Assembly (NCBI RefSeq): GCF_037042905.1
Contig: NC_087252.1
Span: forward strand, 3,722,001-3,786,000
Reading direction: 5' to 3'
Source: Lytechinus pictus
Taxonomy: Eukaryota
DNA: 64,000 nt
Shown here: positions 51,458-62,015 of the stretch, one piece after another
How the letters are laid out: each line of letters opens with the position of its first letter
Position numbering within the stretch: position 1 is the first letter of the stretch
Notes under the pieces: generated by a model
Told to the model about the DNA's origin: nothing
Database searches by the model: none
Seen by the model: the letters and a program-made list of their open reading frames with translations, nothing else
Program-made: the position numbers and the translations under genes

Positions 51458-52516
51458 TTTCCTATGAAACACTGTCAAATCATCAATGTTCGGCAGACGT
51501 TACACATTTCTAACCGGGGAGCTTTTCATATAATCTTTTGTCAACGATTTTTCGTGACTTATTCGATCTCAACCAATGATCACTTAAAACAGTAATAAAC
51601 AGTGCAAATCTTTGATTATTTCTTACATGAAATTATCCCATTGTTTCATCTATTGTTTTGAGTGGTATACGTACTGTGTGCAATGTTTACTTTGCATTTC
51701 AAGGATGTGGAATTAAAGTGGAGAAGAAGTGAATTATGATTCAAATCACTGTTTATGATATCAAACATACAGAGATGCCAACTGTCCTATACTGGATTTA
51801 CATTTTTTCTCTGAAAATATTTATCTTACTTTTTTTCATTTTTAAATTTAAGAAAAAGACAATTAGCAAATTTGCTCTGGTCTGAAATCTGAAACAAGTA
51901 AAATCTGCTGAGTTTGATGAGGGATGAAATGTCGAGAGATTTTTGGAATATCAGATTTTTACATTTTTATTGATATTTAGATTAAGCACATTCCATCAAT
52001 AAAATACTTTCAGAGGAATTTTAACTTGAATTTTATTTTGGAAAATCTCCTTTTTGTGGTCCCAAACATAATGTATTTAAGTTGATATAATTTTGTTGAT
52101 AAAATATTAAACTCAAAAGTCAAGTGTCGTGAAACTTTACAACAATATTCTCCTTAAAGATATCTGATAACCAGCAAAATCTGAAAGCTTTTTAAAACAT
52201 TTGTATAGGTTTAAAATCTCTGAATGGCTAATATGTAAGGTGCACTACATGTATATCTTGGACTGTAAGGCCCAAGATAAACAAATGTGTACTGAGGCCG
52301 GCCTTGGAGATACCTTGACATACAGTGTATACATCAGCTCAGCTTACTATTTTTGATTGCTAGACTGGACTGTGTCCACCTACGTACAAGGCGATGTGAG
52401 TCCCTCAATTACTCTAAGGTGGCTTAAGCATTGAACTACAAATAGCTAGCAAAAGTTATTACTAACGAACAAGAGAAAATGTTGACGTGAAAAGACAGTT
52501 GATTCGTGTCACTTAA

Positions 52517-53259
52517 CCCTAAAAAGACTGGATTTATTGCAAAAAATGACAGTGGGGGCTGAATCAGCCCTCCCCCTCAACATTTTTCGTGATAAATCCA
52601 CCACTTAAATTTTTATTACTGCATCGCTCATTGACTTTTTACTTTTTTAAAGTCTTGTGCAACTTCTGAGATAAAAAATGCGACCCCCAGGTAAGCGGTT
52701 CCGAGATTACGCAACATTTTGTAAGTGCATGCAGACCCAAAATTACTCAAAAATGTGAATTCGTGTAAAAATCCAATGCAAATAGTGTTTTTAGCCATAA
52801 TTCATAAATGTACATGTATCATTTATTTTTCCTTTTACTAATTAAAATCAAATGATCTCTTGTTCATGGTCAAAATAAAATGCCCAACAATTTCCATTGA
52901 AAAAAAGCAATAAACAAAAAGTGGAAAACAAGGAACATCAGAAATCTAGAAAACAATGTGATGTTGATTTTTTAAACTACATTTGATCATATTCCTATAA
53001 AGAGTCTTTGATCCAAAATTAGCATATGATAGGCATTATTTACTGAATTAGAGCAAACTTTTTTATTTAATGCATAATCAATTAGCCATGAGATTTTTTC
53101 GCAGAATTTGACCATTGAGTTTTGTAGAAAATGCTATGGATAAGGCACGTGCCAATTTTTGTCGCGATCATGCTATTGACGGCCGAGATCTTAAGGGGGA
53201 CTGATTCAGGCCCCCCCCCCCCCAGTCTTAGGCGTCGAAATAGCCCAGTCTATTTATGG
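52517..53259. mobile_element. piggyBac-like MITE (TTAA TSD); duplicated copy at about 58466-59208
   Basis: TTAA|CCCTAAAAAGACTGG...CCAGTCTATTTATGG|TTAA. The second copy ends CCAGTCTTTTTAGGG|TTAA. Confidence 0.8.
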
Positions 53260-53685
53260 TTAAATAGGCGATGTGGATAAAGAATCTCAAAGCAGTTTCA
53301 GTCTTCTAGCATGTGTGGAACACCACCCAAATTGCTTGGTTGAGGCCGGCTCAAAAGCTGGTGTTGGATGTGGCTTCAAACCCAATGCATGTGTATCTTG
53401 GGTCTTAGCCTGAAGAATTTGGCAAAAGACTACCTCTCTAGCATCACATAAAAGAACCCACAAAGTCATTTCCTGACACTTTATAAGTCAATAGGGCGTT
53501 ACATTTACATGTAGCTTTTCTAAATTAGGTACAATTTTCAGTCAGACTGAATTCTTTTCAACAATTTTACATGACTGCCTGGGAAGCAATAAATCATTAG
53601 TATGGTCTCTGCTTACTTTCTCTGGATGGTTATAGGATAGATATTAGAAGCATTCTGTTCCATTTTTAAACTCATCAATGATAAT

Positions 53686-54031
53686 AATAATAATATTCCG
53701 CATTTATAAAGTGTTAATACATCGGAACGACGTCTCTAAGCGCTTTACAGACATATTATTACCCCGGTCATCGGATCCTTGCATGCCCGCATACAATGTA
53801 TGCACCCTCTCCACTCCCTGGGGAGCATTCCAACAAGAGTTCCAAGACTCAATTGCTAGGCATACTACATAGGCTTTCGCATCCTACCAGGTACCCATTT
53901 AACACCTGGGTGGAGAGTGGCAAAGTGTGGATTAATGCTTGCCAAAGGACGCTAGGCCATGGTGGGATTCGAACACACGACCATCTGATTACAAGGCGAG
54001 AGTCAGAACCACTTCACCACGACGCTTCCAC
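53686..54031 (-). mobile_element. Full-length tRNA-derived SINE inserted 19 bp upstream of exon a2
   Basis: Minus-strand A/B boxes and (ATT)n tail. TSD ATGATAAT at 53678-53685 and 54032-54039. Empty site in the duplicate at about 59645. Confidence 0.85.
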
Positions 54032-54050
54032 ATGATAATTATATGCTCAG

Positions 54051-54535
54051 ATGGGAATTCAAATGTGCAGAGCACCTGTGAAGGTATCAGGAAATATTAG
54101 GAAATGTCAGGTGATACATCATGTGACAGATCACATGCTCATGGACAGAGTTCTGCTACAAGTGCTAACATGTCAGATCAATTGGCTGGAGACATCACGA
54201 CTCAATGAGGGTATGGTGAGATGGTTGAAGAAGCATTTTCAAGGAAGTTATTTTCAACTAGAAGTAATCAACATAATCCTCCCCCGGACCCTGGCATTGA
54301 TAAACCTTTTCTCTGCCCTGTTTGCAGTAAAGGATTTACCCACAGCGATTGCTTTCAGAGTCATAAAAACCCATCGAAAGGAAAGGACTCATGTGTCATT
54401 TATGACGAACCTGCGAAGATGTTTGCAATTACATGCGGACCCACACTGGAGAAAAACCATATGTATGCTCCATCTGTGATCAACGCTTTGGTAGGAACTA
54501 AAGTCTCAAAAAAATATATAGCACGTCAAAGCTGA
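54051..54535 (+). pseudogene. Gene B variable exon a2, defective
   Basis: ATGCTCAG|ATGGGAATTC acceptor. The phase-1 frame hits TAG after ...CEGIRKY (about 54098). Fingers are frameshifted. Confidence 0.8.
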
Positions 54536-54831
54536 GGGTAGCAACATCACTTGTCAACGTGTGATAAAATGTCTAGTAGAAAAAGTGCTTGTATTACAAG
54601 ATGAAAGTTATGTCAATACAACAGTTTTGTTGTGAAAAAATTTCCAAGCTCATCATCTTACTGTACAGGACAGAATCCACACAAGACAAAATTTCTTTGA
54701 ATATCTGTTTGTGCTATCAAAAGCATTTCCATCAAGACTTCTGGTGATCTTTTGAACCTCATTATCAATGAAAATTCCTTTGTGTCAAAGTGCCGCACAT
54801 AATAGATATTTGATTCTGCTCTTTTACTCAG

Positions 54832-55343
54832 GTGGAAATTCAAGTGTACTAAGCATCTGTGAAGAGATCAGGAAAAATGAGGAAATGTCAGGTGATACAT
54901 CATGTGACCGATCACATGCTCATGGACTGAGTTCTGCTAACAGTGCTTCCAGGTCATATCAAGGAGAATTGACTGAGGACATAATGACCCAGTACATGTA
55001 TGTGTGTGGTGAGACACATGAAGAAGCATTTTCAAGGAAGTTATTTTCACCTAGAAGTAATCAACATAATCCTCCCCAGGACCCTGGCATTGATAAAACT
55101 TACACCTGCCCTGTTTGCAGTAAAGGATTTACCCGCAATGATTGCTTTCAGAGGCATAAGAAAATCCATCGAAAGGAAAGGCCTCATGTGTGCCGTTTAT
55201 GCCCGAAGAGATTTCTGCGTGCCGAAGATCTTCGAAGACATATGCGGATACACACTGGAGAAAAACCATATGTATGCTCTGTATGCGATAAATGCTTTAG
55301 TTGGACTTCTAGTTTCAAACGCCATTTGACAGTTCATAGATGA
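54832..55343 (+). CDS. ZNF gene B variable exon b2: 3 C2H2 fingers (isoform 407 aa)
   Basis: CTGCTCTTTTACTCAG|GTGGAAATTC acceptor, in the frame of ORF 54768-55343. Confidence 0.88.
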
Positions 55344-55660
55344 GGTTGGCAACATAACTGGTTACGGTGTGGTTAGATGTTTAGTGGAAAAATATGTCAA
55401 TATTCTGTCAATGCACTCAAGATACCATACTGGAGAAAAACAGACTTGCCACAATGAACATGTCCAAGTTCATCATCTATTAACCTGTACAAAAGAATCA
55501 TCATGGGAGAAAAGGTCTTGGATGTTATTTTTTTGCTTTATCAACAGTATTTCTGCCAAGACTTCTGGTACTTATGTGAACATCCTTATCCATGAAAAGT
55601 ACTTTGTGTAAAAGTGCAACACATAATAGATATTTTATTCTGCTCTTTTTAAATACTCAG

Positions 55661-56637
55661 GTGGGAATGTAGGCAAACAGAGCTCCTGTCAACAAAAAGG
55701 GAATACTCAGATAATATCAGGTGATTTATCACATGGGAGGCATCTCCCAGGTGACTACCCTTTACAAGGAACCCCTTCTTATTCATCTCCCAGAGGCAAT
55801 TGCTCAAGTGAGTATGGCTCCTATCTCTTACCAGACCAAGCAGATTATCCTCAAGGACAGTGCTCTGCTGACAGTGCTACCACGTCAAATCATGATGGTG
55901 AAAGATTGGTTCTAGACATTGTTGTGGGGAATGAGAAATATCACACAAATTCTTTACAAAACACAAAGAAGTTATCCCCTGTCACTGCAACGAGAAGCAT
56001 TCAAGGCAATCCTGGCATCGACCCCAAAGAAGAAAGCACCTTTCTCTGTTCCGTTTGCAATGAAGGATGTAAACGCAAGGATGATTTGAAGCGGCATATG
56101 ATCTTCCACAAAGGGAAAAAGCTTCATGAGTGTTCTTTCTGCAACAAAACTTTTGTATCAAAAGCCAATCTCATTAGACATGAGCGATCCCATACTGGGG
56201 AAAGACCGTATTCATGCTTTATTTGCAACAAACGGTTTCTAGATACGTCTCATCTAAAAGCTCATCTGTCAATTCACACGGGAGAAAAACCGTATGAATG
56301 CAGCCTTTGTAACAAAGCCTTTTCTCTTAAAGCTCCTCTAATGGCTCACCTGAGAATGCACAGTGGTGAGAAGCCATTCAAGTGTTCACTCTGCAAAAAC
56401 AGCTTTTCTTCCAAAAGTAATCTCAAGGCTCATCAGATCAAGCACACGGGCGAAAAGCCGTACCAATGCTCGGTTTGTGAGAAAAGGCTGTGGAAAAAAG
56501 ACTCTTTAAATCAACATATGAAGATTCATACAGGAGAAAAACCATTTCAGTGTTCTATTTGTTCAAAGAACTTTCGGCAGAAGAGTAATCTTAAAAATCA
56601 TATGAAAATCCATGAAATATCTTCTGACGATTTGTGA
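55661..56637 (+). CDS. ZNF gene B variable exon c2: 7 C2H2 fingers (isoform 562 aa)
   Basis: CTGCTCTTTTTAAATACTCAG|GTGGGAATG acceptor. The phase-1 frame is open (GGNVGKQSSC...) into ORF 55906-56637, whose start is TTG. Confidence 0.88.
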
Positions 56638-56756
56638 TTTCCTACGATAAAAGTATGGCAGATATTAAAAATTATTATCCGACGAGCATTTCATAATCTT
56701 TTGTCAGCGATTTTCCCTGACTTATTCGGTCTCAACCAATGTAATATTTCACTTAA

Positions 56757-57755
56757 GGTGACAGGTGCCCTAAAAAAATTTTTTTTTTATGATTTCAATT
56801 TTTTTGTCTCCTTTGCTAGTTTCATGTGTGTACTTCATCATGCAACTTGTTTTATCTCAATATTCTACCTCTTGTTTTAATAAGAGGGGGGTTAAAACAT
56901 ATTTTTTTCATAAAATTCTCAAACCGGAAGTAGTATTTTACACACCGGAAGTGATTAAATCTGTCCCCAAAACCTTTGATACTGCCTTTAAAAAAAATCA
57001 GAAATTCCCCAGATTTTTTTTGGCTGAAGCCCCAGATATTCCATGTAGCAAAGTGGACTACCACCCTCTGTTGGCCAAATAGGGAGAGCTACTGTATTGC
57101 ACAATATGGCAGCGACTTCAAGTTACATACACTATGTGACAGACATGGCACGTTACAAATTTCCGTTATTATTAGTATTATAGCCCTTTCTTTATCGTGA
57201 TATTATACAAAATTGAGGGTTTTTTAAATGAAAAATGTAATAACTTGAGTTCTAATCATTGGATTTGCATGAAATTTTGTAGAATTGTGTATCTTGAAGA
57301 GTACAACAAAATAATGATAGTTTTTGTGCATGGTACCCCCACAGGTGGAGTTGTGTATAAAAGTCCATTCTGAATTTCTCATTATCTGACTGCTTGTTTA
57401 ATCCATAATTTTTACAATTCTACTCTGAATATTTCTTAAAGCCATCATAAATTCATCACAAAGAAGTCAGAGAATTAAATTAATCCATCAAAACTTAAAT
57501 TACACTCTATGTTGTGAAGTTATAACCATAGAAAGTTCATATAGAGAAAAATCTTGATTTTTAAAGTCATGACTTTGAATGACCATATTTTGCTTATGCC
57601 TAAAGCTTATATGCCACAGTGCAAATTTTTGTGTAGATCAGCTCATAAGCTTTCCAAAAATATATAGTTTGTTGGGGTACAGGTACTTAGTAAGAATCCT
57701 ATGCTTGATTATATACCCGTAGTCGTTTCCGCACGGTAATAGGGCACCTGTCACC
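56757..57755. mobile_element. Kolobok-like non-autonomous element (TTAA TSD), present only in triplet copy 2
   Basis: TTAA|GGTGACAGGTGCCCTA...TAGGGCACCTGTCACC|TTAA. Empty sites CACTTAAAACAG (about 51581) and CACTTAGAAGCAG (about 62095). Confidence 0.88.
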
Positions 57756-59642
57756 TTAACACAGTGCAAATCATTGATTATTTGTGACATGAAATTATCC
57801 CCTTGTTTCATCTATTGTTTTGAGTGGTATAGGTACCGTGTGCAATACGTACTTTGCATTTAATCAAGGTTGTGGAATTAAAATGGAGATGAAGTGCGGT
57901 ATTCAAATCACTGTATAAGATGTCAAATACAGTATACAAAGATGCCAACTGTCCTATTTTACTGGATTACATTTTTTCTCACAAAATCAATATGTTTTCT
58001 TTTTCAAATATTCTAAGAACAAAGAAAATGCGCAAATTTGTTCTTGTCTGAACTCTGAATCAAGTAAAAATCTGCTGAGTTTGATAGGGGACGAAATGTT
58101 TAAGAGATTTCTGGAATGTTAGATTTTTTAATATCTACTTCATTGAATTAAACATAATTCCATCAATGAAATACTTTCAGAGGGATTTTAACTTGCATTT
58201 TATTTTCGAAAATCTTTTCTTTTTGTGGTCCCAAACATAGTGTAAGTCAATATATTTTCGTTGGTAAAATATTTAACTCTAAGTCAAGTGTCGGGAATCT
58301 TTACAACAATATTCTTCTTTAAGATATTTATCTTAATAATGATAACCAGCAAAATCCAAATGCTTTTAAAACATTTTTTATAGCTTGAAAATCTCTGAAT
58401 GGCTAATATGTATTAAAGTTGCACTACATGTATATCTTGGACTTTAATGCCCAACATACACATCCATTAAAAAGACTAGATTTATTGCAAAAAATGACAG
58501 TTGGGGGGCTGAATCAGCCCTCCCTCCCCCAACATTTTTTGTGATAAATCAACCACTTAAAATTTTTTTACTGCATCGCTCATTGAGTTTTTACATTTTT
58601 AAGTCTTTTGCAACTTTGGAGATAAAATTGCGACCCCGGGTACGCAGTTCCAAAATTCTGCAACATTTCGAAAGTGCATGCAGACCCCAAATTGCTCAAA
58701 AACGTGAATTTGTGTACAAATCCAATGCAAAAAGTGTTTTTAGCCATAATTCATAAATGTGCATGTATCATTATTTTTTCCTTTTACTAATTAAAATCAA
58801 ATAATATCAACTTGTTCATGGTCAAAATAAAATCCCCAACGATTTCCATTGAAAAAAAAACAATAAAAAAGAAAAAGTTGAAAACAAGGAAATAAATCAA
58901 AAACTTAGAAAACAATGAATTAAGGTGATGTTGATTTTTTTTAAGTACATTTGATCAGATTCCTATAAAGAGTCTGTGAACCGAAAATTAGAATTTGGGA
59001 GGCATTATTTACTGAATTAGAGCAAACCTTTTGATTTTTTGCATAAATAAGCTTAATTAATTAGCCATGACATTTTTCGCAGAATTTGATCATTGAGTTT
59101 TGTAGAAAATGCTATGGATAAGGCACATGCCAATTTTCGTCGCGATCACGCTTTCGACAGTCGAGTCCTCTTGGGGGTCGAAATAAATGTAGCCCAGTCT
59201 TTTTAGGGTTAAATAGGCGACGTGAATTAAGAATCTCAAAGCATTTTCAGTCTAATTCTAGGGTGTGTGTAACACCACCCAAATTGCCGGGTTCAGGCTG
59301 GCTCAAAAGCTGGTGTAAGAGGCGGCTTCAATCCCAATGCATGTGTATCTCGAGTCTTTGTCTGGAGAATTTGGCAAAAGATTACCTATCTGGCATCACA
59401 TTTAATAATGAACCCACAAAGACATTTCCATACACTTTAAAGTCAATTTGGCATTTCATATATATGTAGATATTCTAAATTAGGTACATTTTTCAGTCAT
59501 AATTCTTTTGAAACAATTTTCCACAACTGCCTGGGAAGCAATAAACAATTACACTGTAGGGAATAAAGTATGGTCTCTGCTTAATTTCTCTGGATGGTTA
59601 TAGGATGGATATTAGAAGCATTCTGTTCCTTTTTTTACTCAG

Positions 59643-60117
59643 CAATGATAATTTGAGTGTTCATGGACTGAGTTCTGCTACAAGTGCTAACATGTCAGAT
59701 CAATTGGCTGAAGACATCACGACTCAATGTGTGTATGGTGGTGAGATGCTTGAAGAAACATTTTCAAGGAAGTTATTATCACGTAGAAGTAATCAACATA
59801 ATCCTCCCCAGGACCTTGGCATTAATACACATTACCTCTGCCCTGTTTGCAGTAAAGGATTTACCCGTAGCGATTGCTTTCAGAGTCATAAAAAACCCAT
59901 CGAAAGGAAAGGCCTGATGTGTCATTTATGCCCAACGTGCGAAGATGTTTGCAATTACATGCGGACCCACACTGGAGAAAAACCATATGTATGCTCCGTT
60001 TGCAATCAATGCTTTGGTAGAAACTCAAGTCTCAAACAACATATGGCACGTTATGAGGTTAGCTGCATCACTGGTCAACGTGTGATAAAATGTATAATGG
60101 AAAAAGTGCTTGTATAA
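59643..60117 (+). pseudogene. Gene B variable exon a3, defective
   Basis: The original acceptor and first about 85 nt are deleted. The nearest TTTTTACTCAG| (59642) gives A-M-I-I-stop in phase 1. Fingers 1-2 are degenerate. Confidence 0.75.
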
Positions 60118-60197
60118 CGAGATGAAAGTTTGTTGTGTCAATACAACGTTGAAAAGTGCCGCACATAATGGATATTTCATTCTGCTCTTTTACTCAG

Positions 60198-60703
60198 ATG
60201 GAAATTCAAGTGTGCTGAGCATCTGTGAAGATATCAGGAAAAATGAGGAAATGTCGGGTGATACATCATGTGACAGATCACATGCTCATGGACTGAGTTC
60301 TGCTAACAGTGCTTCCAGGTCAGATCAAGGAGAATTGACTGAGGATGTAATGACTCAGTATGTGTGTGGTGAGACACATGAAGAAGCCTTTTCAAGGAAG
60401 TTATTTTCACCTAGAAGTAATCAACATAATCCTCCCCAGGACCCTGGCATTGATAAAACTTACACCTGCCCTGTTTGCAGGAAAGGATTTACCCGCTATG
60501 ATAGTTTTCAGAGGCATAAGAAAATCCATCAAAAGGAAAGGCCTCATGTGTGTCATTTATGCCCCAAGAGATTTGTGCGTGCTGAAGATCTCCGAAGACA
60601 TATGCGGATACACACTGGAGAAAAACCATATGTATGCTCTGTATGCGATAAACAATTTATTTGGAACTCTAGTTTCAAATACCATTTGACAGTTCATAGA
60701 TGA
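60198..60703 (+). CDS. ZNF gene B variable exon b3: 3 C2H2 fingers (isoform 405 aa)
   Basis: CTGCTCTTTTACTCAG|ATGGAAATTC acceptor, in the frame of ORF 60110-60703. Confidence 0.88.
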
Positions 60704-61026
60704 GGTTAGCAACATCACTGGTTACAGCGTGGTTAGATGTTTAGTGGAAAAATAGTGTTATGTCAATATACTGTCAATGCACTCAAGATACCATACTGGA
60801 GAAAAACAGATTTGCCACAAAAAACACGTCCAAGTTCATCATCTATTAACCTGTACAGGAGAATCATCATGGGAGAAAAGGTCTTTGATATTATCTGTTT
60901 GCTTTATCAACAGTATTTCTGACAAGACTTCTGGTACTCCTGTGAACATCTCTATCCATGAAAATTGCTTTGTGTAAAAGTGCAACACATAATAGATATT
61001 TTATTCTGCTCTTTTTAAATACTCAG

Positions 61027-62015
61027 GTGGGAATGTAGGCAAACAGAGCTCCTGTCAACAAAAAGGGAATACTCAGATAATATCAGGTGATTCATCACAT
61101 GACAGATCACATGGGAAGCATCTCCCAGGTGACTACCCTTTACAAGGAACCCCTTCCAATTCATCTCCCAGAGGCAATTGCTCAAGTGAGTATGGCTCCT
61201 ATCTCTTACCAAACCAAGCAGATTATCCTCAAGGACAGTGCTCTGCTGACAGTGCTACCACGTCAAATCATGATGGTGAAAGATTGGTTCTAGACATTGT
61301 TGTGGGGAATGAGAAATATCACACAAATTCTTTACAAAACACAAAGAAGTCATCCCCTGTCACTGCAATGAGAAGCATTCAAGGCAATCCTGGCATCGAC
61401 CTCAAAGAAGAAAGCACCTTTCTCTGTTCCGTTTGCAATGAAGGATGTAAACGCAAGGATGATTTGAAGCGGCATATGATCTTCCACAAAGGGAAAAAGC
61501 CTCACGAGTGTTCTTTCTGCAACAAAACTTTTGTACAAAAAGCTGATCTCATTAGACATGAGCGATCTCATACTGGGGAAAGACCGTATTCATGCCTTAT
61601 TTGCAACAAACGCTTCACAGATACGTCTCATCTAAAAGCTCATCTATCAATTCACACAGGAGAAAAGCCGTATGAATGTAGCCTTTGTAACAAAGCCTTT
61701 TCTAATAAAGCTAACCTAACGGTTCACCTGAGATTGCACAGTGGTGAGAAGCCATTCAAGTGTTCACTCTGCAACAACAGCTTTTCTTCCAAAAGTCTGC
61801 TCGTGAATCACCAGATCAAACACACAGGCATAAAGCCGTACCAGTGCTCAATTTGTGAGAAAAGGCTTGGGAAAAAATATTCTTTAAATCAACATATGAA
61901 GATTCATTCAGGAGAAAAACCATTTCAATGTTCTGTTTGTTCAAAGAACTTTCGGGTGAAGAGTACTCTTAAAAAACATATGAAGATCCATGAAATTTCT
62001 ATTGAGGACTTGTGA
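61027..62015 (+). CDS. ZNF gene B variable exon c3: 7 C2H2 fingers (isoform 566 aa)
   Basis: CTGCTCTTTTTAAATACTCAG|GTGGGAATG acceptor. The frame is open into ORF 61284-62015. Confidence 0.88.

Noticed and set aside
11330..54031. tRNA genes at about 11330, 12165, 19214, 22760, 41484, 46375 and 54031
   Set aside because: A/B boxes are present but I saw no clean cloverleaf. They continue into shared bodies and simple-repeat tails, so they are SINEs.
59605..60117. 170 aa ATG-initiated ZF ORF as a functional gene or exon
   Set aside because: Fingers are degenerate, the N-terminus is translated spacer sequence, and the available acceptor is out of frame.
48726..62015. Treating each ZF ORF as an independent single-exon gene using the ORF-track starts
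   Set aside because: Many starts are TTG/GTG or read through a polypyrimidine tract and AG. The conserved phase-1 acceptor explains them better.
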